Part shown: piece after piece, positions 1 through 12,984 of the stretch
How the letters are laid out: the number at the start of each line of letters is the position of its first letter
How positions within the stretch are numbered: position 1 is the stretch's first letter
NCBI GenBank assembly: GCA_965644265.1
Contig: OZ286464.1
Coordinates: forward strand, 100,440,001 to 100,504,000
Reading direction: 5' to 3'
Source: Glycera tridactyla
Lineage: Eukaryota
DNA: 64,000 nucleotides
Notes under the pieces: generated by a model
What the model was told of the DNA's origin: nothing
What the model saw: only the letters and a program-made list of their open reading frames with translations
The model's database searches: none
Program-made: the position numbers and the translations under genes

Positions 1-1085
1 ACAATTTCCGTCATGCATATGTCAAATATCCATCTATGGATACCATGCTTTAATGATGGATAAATATAACCCAATCTCCATCTCAGACAAAAAGAGGAAA
101 TCATCCAATCTATCTGAAAGTTTTGTTCAACAGAAAATACAATAAATCAGATAGTACTATAAAATATATATCAACAAACCACATATTGAATAATATCTCT
201 CTGTGACGAATGGTAGTGACATGAAATAGGCAATCTGAGGCATCATTTATTATTTCTGAGTGCTGTCATCTTGACAATGACGCTCTATCCAAGATTAGTG
301 TCAGGTATATTTTCGATGGTTACATATGCCATGAATTTCTTTAGATAAAAAAGTGAGATTCATATCAGGAATAGCTCTGGATTCCCAATGAAATGTTGTG
401 AGATGTTACCATAGAGTGGTAAGAGTATTTCAATGAGGAGGAAGTCGCTGAAACAGTTGAAGGCATATGAAGCCAGCTGGTCACTTGCTGGACTGATTGT
501 AGGTCAGTGTCAGATCGAGGTCAGCTCCGTTACATGAGCAAGTTGGCTGCAGGTGAGTGAGAGTATCAGCATTGTTTTATCAGTCGGAATAAACTGACCT
601 CCTACTCACAACCAAAGTGAGGTTGCGGCTAGAACCTCTAGTCCTCCAACTCTCTGACCTGATTCTAGCTGCGACATCACTTTCGTTGTAAGTACGAAGT
701 CCAGTTTTTTAACTTATCTATCCATATTGGAATCCGACTGGATGACTGAGAACATTCATCAAGAAAATAATGATGATAATGATAATCATGATAATGATAA
801 AAATAATGATGATAATGATATTTTTCGAATCTCTTGAGCCAGTATGGGATCACAATATGTAGGTGACTCCTTTGCACCCAGTGACCTGTTCCAGCACAAT
901 GTCCTCTGTATGCCAGTTGAGATTTGCCTAATCGCCTCTGTGACCACCAGTATTATTACCTGCAATGAGGTGGGCCTCGGTGGGCCTCATACCATGGATG
1001 TTGGCTTTGATCGACCAAGTAGACGTTCAATAGAATCGTCGCCTGGACCACTAATGGACACCTGAATGCCATTTTGTTTACCTAG
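1..1085 (-). pseudogene. Decayed NACHT/NLR-like coding relic, upstream of gene A
   Basis: Minus-strand reading through stops and frameshifts gives RRLGKSQLAYR..HWVQRSHLHIVIP (Walker A-like plus following strand), then EILLPLYG and LRNNK*CLRLPISC. DNA block 340-570 is shared with 15225-15460. Family assignment is manual. Confidence 0.4.
765..820. repeat. (GAT/AAT)n microsatellite
   Basis: aataatgatgataatgataatcatgataatgat... Confidence 0.9.
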
Positions 1086-1103
1086 TCATCCGTGGCTGGA
1101 GAA

Positions 1104-1340
1104 ATAGAGAGCAAGAGACAGAGAAGGAGAGGGAGAGAGAGAGCAAGAGAGGGGGCAAGAGAGAAAGAGCAAGAGAGAGAGCAAGAGGGAGAGCAAGGGA
1201 GAGAGAGCAAGAGAGAGAGAGCAAGAGAGAGAGAGAGCAAGAGAGAGAGCGAGAGAGAGAGGGCAAGAGAGAGAGAGGACAAGAGAGAAAGAGCAAGAGA
1301 GAGAGAGCAAGAGAGAGAGAGCAAGAGAGAGAGAGAGCAG
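1104..1340. repeat. GA-rich low-complexity repeat (AGAGC/AGAG)
   Basis: Purine-only tract; accounts for the spurious ORFs at 1078-1417. Confidence 0.95.
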
Positions 1341-1695
1341 CAATAGCAGACTCCTTGTCTCCTCGCTCTGCGACAAGCGTTGGTACTTGTGGATCTGTAA
1401 ACGACTGATCTGTTCAACGACTGAATGGCATTCCCAGTTTAGCGTCTGATATGACGCACAGGTTACTTGCTATCTTCTACAAACAAGCCCTGATTATATG
1501 TATTCAATCAAAGATCACAGGCTTCGGGGGTCGTCTGAGTGTCATTTCCGACATGTTGATACTATGGAACATGTCATGGTCCATATACAGATGACATGTA
1601 GCAACCCTGTCCCTGGGATAACCACGAAACTAGACCAATGAATTAGGTATATTTGTACATATTTCCTGCTAGGATGAAATCTATGTTTGAAAATA

Positions 1696-1858
1696 CAGTC
1701 GAACCTGTCTATAAAGACCGCCTTTGGTCGCATCAAATAGCGGTCTTTATGGGCGGGAGGTCATTTACTGTTAAAAATGCTACCACGGTCGCAGCTCAGG
1801 TGGTCTTTATAGAGAGGTGGTCTTTATAGAGAGGTGGTCTTTAGAGCAGGTTCGACTG
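1696..1858. mobile_element. Tc1/mariner-pogo-type MITE, 163 bp
   Basis: TIR CAGTCGAACCTG...CAGGTTCGACTG, TA on both sides (1694-1695, 1859-1860), internal ggtctttatagagag repeats. Confidence 0.9.
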
Positions 1859-2194
1859 TATGTGATTCACTGTGTTTGTGAATATCTAATACGCCACAGT
1901 CTATGCAGTCTAAGCAGATAAATCCCATCATATAGTACAAAGTTTCTCACCCATTTTGAAGCGCATACGAAGATGCTCATGATATACATTTCTTCACTGA
2001 TGTTTCATTATGATAAATCCATATGAGATGTGGTGTTGTTCACCTGATTATTCCTGAGGCAAATCTGACAGTAGTGCTCATCCCACCTGGGATCAATATA
2101 TAGAGCACTTCATGCCGTTAATGGTAGTGACTCATCAGAATGTTCTGATCAACAATTGACCTGTGCAGAATTCATCTTGCGACAAACATCCAGG

Positions 2195-2350
2195 GCTGGT
2201 TGCCTGCATGTTCTATGCCAGACAAACACCATGTGGGCTATATCGAGACCCTCATAAAATGGGCATGGGCAGTATCAACCAGGAAAGACTTCTTCAGGAC
2301 CCCCAATGATAAGTGGACGTTCATGAAATTCATGAACACTTGAGGTATCA
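2195..2350. repeat. Old dispersed SINE-like family copy
   Basis: ggctatat...catgaaatgggcatgg core shared with 14830-14910, 22040-22200, 40296-40440 and 60395-60530; the last two start with (TGTT)n/(TGGT)n, consistent with a minus-strand tail. Confidence 0.5.
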
Positions 2351-2617
2351 TTTCTGGTGAGCCTGTCGTGGGGGGGGGGGTAGAATGCAGTACAATCCAT
2401 TGTCAGAGGGAGTAATGCAATTCCAGGAATCGGGACATTGCAGGTGGTGGAGAGCCGAAGGACTATGATTGGTCAGTATGATGTATGTATGTATGCAGAC
2501 TGCATCAGGTGCATAGAACAGCATCAAGTGACGACACTATGATATAAGTGTCTGCTTTCTGCTCCACCATAAGAAAGTCCACATGCAAGCTAACATTTCA
2601 ACCGATCTCTACTGAAG

Positions 2618-2945
2618 ATGAGCAGAAAATGGCCTCACCCTCTTCTGCTGGCACTACTGTCTTCAGCTTCCCTTACATCTTGTTTCAATGAGCAATATTT
2701 CCAGATGATTGATGGAATTGAAGGCAAGTTACCAAAGCAGTCATTGATGGAGGGTCGTTTAATTCAGGAGAGGATTGTCCGAGCACCAGAAGAATGTGCT
2801 CTCAGATGCATAAACTACCCTCTCTGTCTATCATTCGAGGTTATCCCTTCATCTGAAGGTTGGTCATGTCGTCTCCTTGACAACATGGTGCTACATCCAG
2901 ATCTATTGACACATCAGGTTGAAGGAGCCATGTACTTCCACAAAG
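2618..2945 (+). CDS. Gene A exon 1: signal peptide + PAN/Apple domain
   Basis: MSRKWPHPLLLALLSSASLTSC leader; C-x3-C..CLSF..WSCRL cysteine pattern; donor AAAG|GTGAGT at 2946 (phase 1); 328 nt, same as gene B exon 1. Confidence 0.9.
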
Positions 2946-3289
2946 GTGAGTTGTTTATTGTTTTATGGATTTTCTGCTGCACTACAACATAGGATATACA
3001 TTTCTTATCGGACTTTGAAGCTTTTGCTCTACTAATGATGGACAGAAGGAGTTGTGCCTTGGGTTGTTATTCCCATATATCACAGCCAGGTAGGAACCAT
3101 AAAAAACGGACAAAATAATCACTAAATCACCCACACAATCACACACTCAATCACTCTACTCATTCTTTATTCTTTTCATTCATTCTTCCATTTATTCGTC
3201 CATCCATCCATCCATCCATCCATCTATTCATCGATATATCTATCTGTCCATTCTCCATCGATGTTCATCTCACCAAAGTTGTTGCATTT

Positions 3290-4200
3290 TTGAACACATC
3301 AAGACTTTCCAACTCAGTTGTTGTAAAGACGACTAAAGCAATTAGTTTTGAGATGAATCTTATTTATTGAAAGATTATACTCATGCAAAATATCCATTTA
3401 GATGCCCAATATGGCCGAGAATGGTGGTGGTTCATCTGATGGTCAATCACAAGTTATAACAAACCCATCCTCTGAATTTCATTCCTGTCTAGATGGCCTC
3501 TCAGACACCCCGCCATCTGTCCAAGCTCATAGAAGTATCAGACCTTATGGGGATAAAAGCACTTGACTGATCATTCTAAAAAGCGTTCTAGCACGGAGTC
3601 AGTGGTGCTTGGCAGTCTCTCTGCTTGGCAGTCCCTGTGCTTGGCTTGGGAGGACCCTTCAAGGGACATTCCCTATCCTCTGCATAACAATTCAATTGAA
3701 CTTGGGGTCTCCACCTTGTGTCCAAGTACTCAAGGTTGTCTTGGATTTATCATGAGGTATGATCATCTCGAAAACCCACAGCGATGATAACATTCGGGAT
3801 ATATGATAACGATAAGAATGGAATGGGGTGAGAGTATTTCACGTGATTCTCTCGGCGTGTAAAACTGTTCATTTGAATATATTATCTCCTCACCCAGGTC
3901 ATGTCATCTGCAACATGCTAGTCCATGGACTATTTCCCTGTCAAACTCAAATATCTGAGAAAAGTTACTCAAATCTTAATTGATGACTTTGAATCATGTA
4001 TTCATCACTGGTTCCCATGTGTTTTGATGAATTTTCACGTTTCATTGATGGATCATATATTTTGAATGGAATATCGTATGTCATCTAGCGAATGGAGGCG
4101 GAGTATCATTTCCACTGGTTCCAACAGGTGTCACTCTTAGCAATAGGCACCTCACTGAATGGCAGTGATGTCTATAGCAGGAAGATCCATTCATCTCATT
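3290..4200 (-). pseudogene. Decayed NACHT/NLR-like relic in gene A intron 1
   Basis: One minus frame reads, with stops, IVHGL..EILSPHSILIVIIYP..CGFS..ETPSSIELLC..RLPSTTDSVLERFLE..YELGQMA..QRMGLL. This order matches Walker B, sensor 1, PxxxxxxC helix and winged helix. DNA homology to 23150-23600 and 25380-25530. Confidence 0.5.
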
Positions 4201-4410
4201 TACTTCATAATTTTCATCCCTCGAAGTTGGTGAATAGATGAAGAGAAACGTGATTTCCAGGAACAGTCTGCATGGTATGCATGATTATGTACCACCCTGC
4301 TGCCATCAGGATGAGGTTTGGATCAATTTTTCTTTGGGCATCTCGACTCCCAGGAATCACGTGAAATGAATATATCAAAGATAAATACTGTTATTCGTGA
4401 AGCCAGAAAA

Positions 4411-4895
4411 CCACAAAGAATACAACAAAATCAGAAGAGAAAACAAAACCATTCTTCGAGATTCATTTTTTCAGAACAATGATTGTCTAGACTGCTGACT
4501 GAATAAGTCAGTAACTATTCTGTAATTCCACAAAATAAGATGGGGAAGTGCCCTGGTAGGAGTTCTCTATTCTTTAGCCGATACATTTTTATGAAGCAAA
4601 ATTGAGATCCACCACAAAGAATACAAACAAATCAGAAGAGAAAACGAAACATTTCTCAAGATTCTATTTTCAGAACAATGATTTTCTAGACTGCTGACTG
4701 AATAAGTCAGTATCTATACTGTATGCACCTGAAAGATTCATACTGTAATCCCGCAAAATAAGATGGGGAGGATCCCTGGCAGGAGTTCTCTATTCTTCAG
4801 CCCATAGATTTTTATGAAGAATACAAAAAATCAGAAGAGAAAACAAAACCATTTTTCAAGATTCTTTTCTTTTTCAGAAGACTGATTTCCTAGAC
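4411..4895. repeat. ~200-bp tandem repeat, ~2.4 copies
   Basis: aagaatac...atcagaagagaaaac recurs near 4417, 4617 and 4817. Confidence 0.85.
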
Positions 4896-5182
4896 CATGT
4901 TCTAGAACAAAACCATGAATTCATTCTTAGAAAATCCTGCCTGAGTTAAAGAGACGTCTAGCCCTATTCAATCATTTAGTCAATCCAATTGGGGGCATCA
5001 GTAGTTCTGGGTATGTAGGTATGATTCTTGATCTCTGTTTGAAATTAATCACCCACTAGCGAAAGCTTACATGATTGTTTTCCCATGTTTCTGATGTTCA
5101 TCCTGATTCTAATCACAATATTCGGGTTAATCCATGTAGTAAATGTCTACAAACACCTGTCCTGGTTTGTTCTGATTGACAG

Positions 5183-5322
5183 CTATTCCTGAATATGTAG
5201 CTTATGGCTGCTATGAGCATACTAACCCTTCCTTGCTGAAATATGTCGAAAACTTGAGAACAGGGCCTAACATGCAATCAGAGTGGGCACCATATTTAAT
5301 CACATTGGACTATCTTACTCAG
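5183..5322 (+). CDS. Gene A exon 2: WSC-like domain, N-terminal half
   Basis: acag|CT acceptor, (A)IPEYVAYGCY..VENLR..W..YLTQ, CAG|GTGAGT donor; 140 nt, phase 1 to phase 0. Confidence 0.9.
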
Positions 5323-5469
5323 GTGAGTGTGAAGAAATGGACCGCTCATTGGTTCCTAGATATGTGGGCAAACGTCCTTGTGAGAAGGGCAGAGCAGGCA
5401 AAGACAGACAGTGATACAGAAAAAACAGAGACAGACAGACAAACACTGACTGCCTGAGTGACAGATATG

Positions 5470-5730
5470 CAGCAAGAACAAAGCCATGATAAACGAAAAT
5501 TGACCTACTTTGAAATGATTTGTCGAGACAATTCACAATGTTTTTACAACTATCCTAGTAGTCTTGATCATCTGATGGATTCAGTGGCTTTGGTCAAAAT
5601 ATTGGGAATCGTCTGAACAACATGTTCCATGGTAGATCAAATTCTGTCCATCATGGATCATCTTTGATTCAAGAACAATATAGCAAGACTAAGTGGCACC
5701 TCACTGACTGGCTGTGATGTCTTCGGCCTC
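5470..5730 (-). pseudogene. Short NACHT-like relic fragment in gene A intron 2
   Basis: gcacctcactga.tggc.gtgatgtct shared with ~4145-4175; minus reading DKSFQSRSIFVYHGF (Walker B-like). Confidence 0.35.
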
Positions 5731-7169
5731 ATGACATTCGGCGAAATGCGGACCAAGTTTGGTAATGCGTTATTACTTCACGGGCATTTAGTCTTGCTTT
5801 TATCACATGGATTGAGTAATAATATGGATTTTGGAGAGGAGCTGGCGGCGAACAATGACAAAGCCTGGCAATACAAGTGGCAGGGTCAGTGAAGCGCTGG
5901 TTCTTGTGCGAAAGTCGGCGGCATTATTGACACTGAATTTAGCCTTCCCTAGTGAAAAGAGATATACAAACAGTACACCTGATAGAAGCACAGCATTCTG
6001 AGAGGATGACTGGAGTATTCGTGAGACACAGGAAATTGTATCATGAAAGCCACGAAGGCAGGGGCTACATTCTTGGGCAAAGTACTACTTTTATGGTGGA
6101 GGACACCCAATAATCTGCACACTTGTGACCTGGTGACGTGGTCACGTCCAGACGGGTAGCTTGACGCGCAAGGTACTGCAAAAAGAAAGGTGTCAAATAT
6201 TAATTTATCATGAATATCGAGCATGTCAGGGGACAAATCATCACCAAGAACAATCGCTGGATACTATTGACTACTTTCACCTTAGTCCAGGCTCGTAGGG
6301 GAGGAATCACGCAGATTCTTCTAAAAGCGTGAAATTTGGCACAGAGGTAGCCTAGGACATAATAATTGCATTTCTGATGGGCGCCCGAGACGGCGCCCAC
6401 TGGGGCTGCCATATTGGCCAAATCCAATATGGCCGCCAGTAGCTACTCCATTTTCTCATAGCTTCAAAATCAAACACTGCAGAATCACCAATGAAGGCTC
6501 TTTTCATACAGTTTCCATCCCAAGGATTCCAAATCTGAACAGTACTTTGACATGGAAGTAGAAATTTTCCTCACAGGGGCTGCCATACTGGAAAATCCGA
6601 TATGGCTGCCGGTCACTCTTTGATTCCCCATAGCTTCCAAACAAAATATCGTAGAATCATGAGTGACGGCTCTTTGTATACATTCTCAACTCCAATGAAT
6701 CAAAATCTGAACAGTATTTTGACATGAAAGTTATACAGATATAACAGTTAAAACAGCTAGTACATTGATATGTCTTATATAGCTGTCAGTCACTATTTGT
6801 TCTCCAATCAAATCCAAATGGAACAATGTGTGATTATGGATGAGGCCTCTTTTAAATAGGACTCTGACTTAACATATGTCAACTATGAAGTCAAATTGAA
6901 GTCAGGATTCGGGATGAAGTGATGTTTTCCTTCAATAGGAAAGATTTTCTTAGGAATGCTTTGACAAATAATCTTGCTATCAAAAAGTAAAAGAACTAAA
7001 CATAGGCATGAATCTCAATTATACATTGAACATGGTCATGTGTATTCTGTAAGGGTCATCATTGTTCACACATCCACCATCAAATTTGGATATATTTACA
7101 ACCACTTCACCAGGGGATGAAATATATTTTCTTCAAGATTTGTTATCTTTGTTGACATGTCAACCCTGA

Positions 7170-9400
7170 CATTCATATAACCCGGTGCAGCAGATTCCAA
7201 CTCTGATGCATTTACAGTTCCCATTGCAAGACCTTTCACTACCACAATGCAGCAGGATGGAACATGCCTTCAAGTGTTGTCCAGTGTGGTGACCAGGTAC
7301 CATTGCCTCCCTTCTGCCACCCTATTCTGTGAAGTCAAGAATTTTCTGATAAACTGAAGTTGCCTGATTCCAGCAAAAGCATGCATGAAGCAATGCCCTC
7401 TTCAAGCATTTAAACAATTCTGCTTGGTCAGGTTGTATATTCCCCATAGTATTTTCATCACAATGTCTGGCTCCATTGACCTTAGCTAGACCACACTCCT
7501 TAACTTCCAGTTTCACACCCAGTGACAGAGATTTGTGTGGGCCCAGCCTTGGAGAAAGATCATATAGATGAAAACATCATGGCGTTTCTTTCCATTTCCT
7601 GAAGAGATCAAAAGGTCTTCAAGACCAAGTGTTGGAAAGAAGCAGATGGCAAGAACCACCACAACACTCTCATTAGTTTGACTAAATGCAATCTGGTGGC
7701 CGTGTGTTGCAGTATGTGTCAGATGGAAGAATATCCTTGCATCTGCATCAGAATGGATGTAGGGCTAGAGAGTTGACAGGTTACATGGTCTGCTAGAAAG
7801 AAAACTCTCCAATTTTGTGCTAAGAAGGAGTACCCCACCTAGATCTATCTTCAAAATCTCCTCAATGAGGAAGACAAATAGTTCCTTTTTGTTTTTTTCA
7901 TTGTTTTTCAGGACTCCACTGTTCCAGGCATTTTTGGGGATTAGTGTGTGACCATGCCATATCCTTGTCTGTAGTCCTGTACTATGTCACTGGTGTTGGA
8001 CTTTAGGTCATCTTCAGATTAATTGTCCCATATAGCATCAATCCATACAAATATCTAGGTCATTTGAGACTTCTGGGATGGTACCATGTGTTGTGTGACA
8101 TACTCAGTTAATGTCCTTGCTGATGTGGGTTGAACATGAGCCACAGGTGCCATATCTAGCTCAACAATTTAGGCTAATCTGGCTGGCGCTGCATGACCAA
8201 TTGGTGTTTCGATACATTCTGGAATGTCAGACACACTGCCAGATCGATGAGTACCAAGATCTGCCAAACTTGGTGGTTTATTTGGTTTTGAGAGCAAAAG
8301 AATTCCTTTATATCCGCATAATGTTTTGACTGTAGTGAAAGGAGAGTTCTGTTATTTTTCTTCTGCATTCCATCTGCTGAGTTTCCTCTTTTTGTAAATA
8401 TAGGACAATTCACAAATGTGATAATCTTATTGCATTTGATTGTGGCCCAGTTGGCTTGTCCAGCACTTGTTAGATGCACTGTGCATGAAGGTCTTGCCTA
8501 CTCCACTGACCTGAGAAAATGAGTTAACTGTTTAGTGCCGCAAGCTCAGAACGACTAGCAAAAGAATTTGCAAACTATTCAACAATCTCAACACTCGACT
8601 GCTCAATGCTTTGCTGCCTGCTCATGATGGACTGAAGTTGAATCTGGTGTGTCTGAGACAGCTTCAAACTCTTCAATACACCACAAGCAATCAGGACCTG
8701 TCAACATGAAGAGTATGAATGCCTTAGGATTCTCATACATCCCAACTGCTTTACCATGTGCCTGAAGACACTTATTGGACTGTTTATGTGACTGGTTCCA
8801 ATAAGGCTGAATTGGTGAGGTGATAGCTAAATCATGCCTCGCACATGAATAGGCAGTCATTGGGCATAGTTAGTGTGGTCCATCACATGAAACCATGGGC
8901 AGAGCTCTTCATATACTTCGATATAATGAAGAAAGTCTCCTTCACATAACAACCTAATGGTTTGTGACTCTTGTGGTCCATGGACATTAGAACAACAGCT
9001 GAAATATTTGCTTGAGGAGGAAATGTAAATGTAAATGTAAATGGAAATGTTGAGGTTTTAGGTCCACTTTCTGCACTTGAATAGACTAAATCAGACCACC
9101 TGCCAAGGAGGAGCGAAGATGAAGGGTGAAACGTTCCTGCATGGTAGGACCGGGGATTGAACCCCAGACCCATTGCACGCCGGCCCAGCACGCTACCACT
9201 GAGCCACCAAGGCAGGCTTTTGCTTGAGGAGGTGGAGAGATATGGCAGATACCTGGTGAGTATAACATGTATGCTCCATATAATGCTCATTAAGAACTGA
9301 CTGAGCCTAACTCGATGTTAGGACCTCTGCCTGAGAAAGCACTGTGGTGCTGCCTGAATCACACAACTTTCAAATCATGTGATGATATTTGTCTTTGATA
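7170..9400 (-). pseudogene. Academ-type transposase relic
   Basis: Fragments DHTNYAQ*LPIHVR, NQSHKQSNK..GKAVGMYENPKA..GPD..IEEFE, LKRALLHACFCWNQ..E*GWQK..WSPHWTTL, and a Cys-rich C-terminus (SCNGNCKCIRVGICC); many stops and frameshifts. Confidence 0.7.
9021..9218 (-). mobile_element. tRNA-derived SINE nested in the transposon
   Basis: Minus strand: A box TGGCTCAGTGG, B box GGTTCAATCCC, (CATTTA)n tail; 14-bp TSD TTTGCTTGAGGAGG (9007-9020, 9219-9232). Confidence 0.92.
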
Positions 9401-10678
9401 GGCAATGCTTCCATCATTAGAACCAATTTATATTCTCCTACAATACCTGGAAATATCCATTGCAATTGCACTGCTATGGCACAAATGGGCTGATATGCAT
9501 GAGGAACACCAGGCTGACCTGGATTCAGGAACTCACTATCCTGCAAAGTGATAAGCATGGCATGGTTCATCATAGTAGGAGAAGCTGCTTTGTCTGAAGA
9601 GTGGGAAAAACTCCTATCACTGCTTCTGGCTTCAAGAATACCTCATCTTTTCAAGTTTCATCCCTATTCAACCCACTGTCCCTTGAATCTTATATTATGT
9701 ATTACTAACCAATATGGGTGCAATCCATGTACCAGCCTTCCAAGCCTTATTTTAGGAAATAATTTGGAATGGCCGATCTTGAGATGCAAAGTGTGGCCAT
9801 ATTGGATCTGCCAAAATGGCAGCCCCTGAAAGTGAAATTTGCCAAATTTCTAATTTTATGTCAAAGTGGCGGCCATATTGGATTTGCCAGTATGGCAGCC
9901 CCTGTAAGGAAAATTTCTACTTCCATGTCAAAGTAGTCAAGCTATGAGAAAATGAAGTAGTGACTGGCAGCCATATTGGATTTGGCCAATATGGCATCCC
10001 CAGTGGGCGCCATCTCTGGCGCCCATCAGAAATTGAATAAGTATGTCCCAGGCTACCTCTGTGCCAAATTTCAAGCTTTTAGACAAATCTGCGCGATACC
10101 CCCCTGTGGGTCCCTAAGAGCCTGGACTACCTTACATTTAAATGTGTTTCATCCATGGAACTCCGAGAAATCGATGTTGAATCGAACCATTGAATGCTGC
10201 CATTTGCCAGCTGTCATTCGTTCACATTACGAGCGTGTGTGTGAGATTCTATTCTAACATTGATTCAAACTTTGCTCTATTAGCTTCAAATTGCTAGTTT
10301 ATGATACACATAGGGCATTTTCCATACAAATTCCGTGTTTGCTAGGCTGTGCAGGCATTGAAAAATGGGAACTACGTTTCGAGACAGTTTGTTTTCATTC
10401 GACACGACGACAGTGACAGCAAACAAGTAAATGTGTACTTACCTGCCCCCCCCCCCCCCCCAGCAGTAATGAGAAACATGAAAAATGCTTTTTTTCACTC
10501 ACTTATTGTGATAGAACACATTCACTGGTGCATTTGTTGAGAAATAAAATGCCTATCACAAGCGCCAACATAAATCTTGTTCGAGCTATTCCACTGTTTT
10601 AATGGTGCCAACTCACGGTGATGATTTGCTGAGTGCAACATGGTGCCTGCATGACAGAGCTTGCTGCTTGTTCGACAG

Positions 10679-10813
10679 ATGGGTGTCACAATGGCAAGTG
10701 CGCAAGGTTATGATCTGATGGGTGTGGACCTGAGCATGTGGACCACAAGCTCGGGCTGTGTGAGGGACGTTGGTGAACAAAACCACATCTACCTGCTGGG
10801 GGTAGATTCCTGA
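10679..10813 (+). CDS. Gene A exon 3: shortened WSC-like C-terminal half
   Basis: acag|ATG acceptor; MGVTMASAQGYDLMGVD..GCVRDVG..IYLLGVDS*; homologous to 37483-37659 with a 42-nt in-frame deletion. Confidence 0.8.
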   Translation: MGVTMASAQGYDLMGVDLSMWTTSSGCVRDVGEQNHIYLLGVDS

Positions 10814-11856
10814 ACTTTGAATGGCTTATAATGAAAATGCAAATGTAGCAGTTTATGTTCATGATCTGCTACCCTTAGCAAGTTCAGTTGCCTTTCAAAT
10901 TACATCCCTTGGCAGGTCATTTCAAACATTAGCCTCCCTCATCTCCGTGGAATGTATGCAACCATAAATACAGAATTGACTGCCTGGGCTAAGCACACCA
11001 CAATCATCATCACCGCCTATTGCCAAGAAATATCCATTCACACCTGGATAAATTTGACTGGGGAAGTACGGCTGTTCCACCTGCTTATCTTTACACAGTA
11101 GTGGCTCTTCGATGGGAGGCACAGATCATACAAATCTGCTTCATGTTGCAGGCCCAGTATTGAATGGTGAACCATGTTCATTTTAGTCACCCATTCAAGT
11201 AGGATGCCTTGCTCATAGTTGTGAACAATATTCTTTACTTGAGGGCTGAGTCTCAAAGACATTGAAAGACTGTGATATTGGGCTCTGAGAAATGGCTAAT
11301 GTCTGTCATTCCAAATTGTATGGCTTCATTTTCCGTATGAACATCGTCAAATACCATCAAGTTGATAAACAATTCACTGACTCTGTTGACATCTCTGACA
11401 CCTGTTATGTGATTACGATTATTGTATTTCTTCCACAAGGAGGGTGTTAGGTAAAATACATCAGTTGTCTAAGCGAGCGTATCCTTAAGTTTCATTGTAT
11501 TGGATATAGCTTCCGACTACATGAGGTAGAGCTACGCCATGTTATATCACTGTAATGTTCATTCGTTTTCTAATGTAATTCGCCTGTTTAACACTGTGAT
11601 GATACACTAATGAGCCGGGAGATGTGTTCAAGATGCACCTCATGAACAATATGCAGCCTTAAATGCAGAAAGGACCGAAACAACATACGGATCGAAACAA
11701 CACGCATCATCTTCTTGATTGAGATTCATCTAAGAGAAGTGATTCTACCATCAGCACTGTTGGATGCCGATATTTCAGCCACCACCATCAACACCGCCGT
11801 ATCTTTTGAGAAACATGCATTTTAATGATGCTCACGTGATTTTCGTGCAAATAAAT

Positions 11857-12984
11857 GTCTGATTAAGATTGTATCTTGCATTTATCAGCACACTGTGAAT
11901 CGCTAGCTACACATCTTACAGACGTTATATGGCCTTGTCATTACTGGGCTGTCTGATCAATATTGTAACTTGCATTTATCAGCACACTGTGAATCGCTAG
12001 CTACTCATCTTAGAGACTTTATATGGCCTTGTCATTACTGGGCTGTCTGATCAAGATTTTATCTTGCATTTATCAGCACACTGTGAATCGCTAGCTACTC
12101 ATCTTACAGACGTTATATGGCCTTGTCATTACTGGGCTGTCTGATCAATATTGTAACTTGCATTTATCAGCACACTGTGAATCGCTAGCTACTCATCTTA
12201 GAGACTTTATATGGCCTTGTCATTACTGGGCTGTCTGATCAATATTGTAACTTGCATTTATCAGCACACTGTGAATCGCTAGCTACTCATCTTAGAGACT
12301 TTATATGGCCTTGTCATTACTGGGCTGTCTGATCAAGATTTTATCTTGCATTTATCAGCACACTGTGAATCGCTAGCTACTCATCTTACAGACGTTATAT
12401 GGCCTTGTCATTACTGGGCTGTCTGATCAATATTGTAACTTGCATTTATCAGCACACTGTGAATCGCTAGCTACTCATCTTAGAGACTGTATATGGCCTT
12501 GTCATTACTGGGCTGTCTGATCAAGATTTTATCTTGCATTTATCAGCACACTGTGAATCGCTAGCTACTCATCTTACAGACGTTATATGGCCTTGTCATT
12601 ACTGGGCTGTCTGATCAATATTGTATCTCCCATTTATCAGCACACTGTGAATCGCTAGCTACTCATCTTACAGACTTTATATGGCCTTGTCATTACTGGG
12701 CTGTCTGATCAAGATTGTATCTCCCATTTATCAGCACACTGTGAATCGCTAGCTACTCATCTTACAGACTTAATATGGCCTTGTCATTACTGGGCTGTCT
12801 GATCAAGATTGTATCTCCAATTTATCAGCACACTGTGAATCGCTAGCTACTCATCATACAGACTGTATATGGCCTTGTCATTACTGGACTGTCTGATCAA
12901 GATTGTAACTTGCATTTATCAGCACACTGTGAATCGCTAGCTACTCATCATACAGACTTTATATGGCCTTGTCATAATTGGGCT
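11857..12984. repeat. 94-bp minisatellite, ~12 copies
   Basis: ttgcatttatcagcacactgtgaatcgctagc recurs at 11876, 11970, 12064 and onward. Confidence 0.97.

Larger units (their letters stand above)
6283..10129 (-). mobile_element. Academ-like DNA transposon (decayed), in gene A intron 2
   Basis: TAGTCCAGGCTC...GAGCCTGGACTA termini; ~185-bp imperfect TIRs with repeated GCCATATTGG/CCAATATGGC palindromes; 3-bp TSD CCT (6280-6282, 10130-10132). Confidence 0.8.

Noticed and set aside
1078-1417. Ser/Leu- and Arg/Glu-rich ORFs (also 18943-19242)
   Set aside because: Microsatellite translations.
3400-3700. Plus-strand reading of the intronic relics as a LINE RT or APE fossil
   Set aside because: Only scattered short resemblances with no QG or YADD; the minus frame is more continuous and ordered.
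9130-9218. Functional tRNA gene
   Set aside because: A and B boxes are present, but no complete cloverleaf; the TSD and simple tail identify a SINE.
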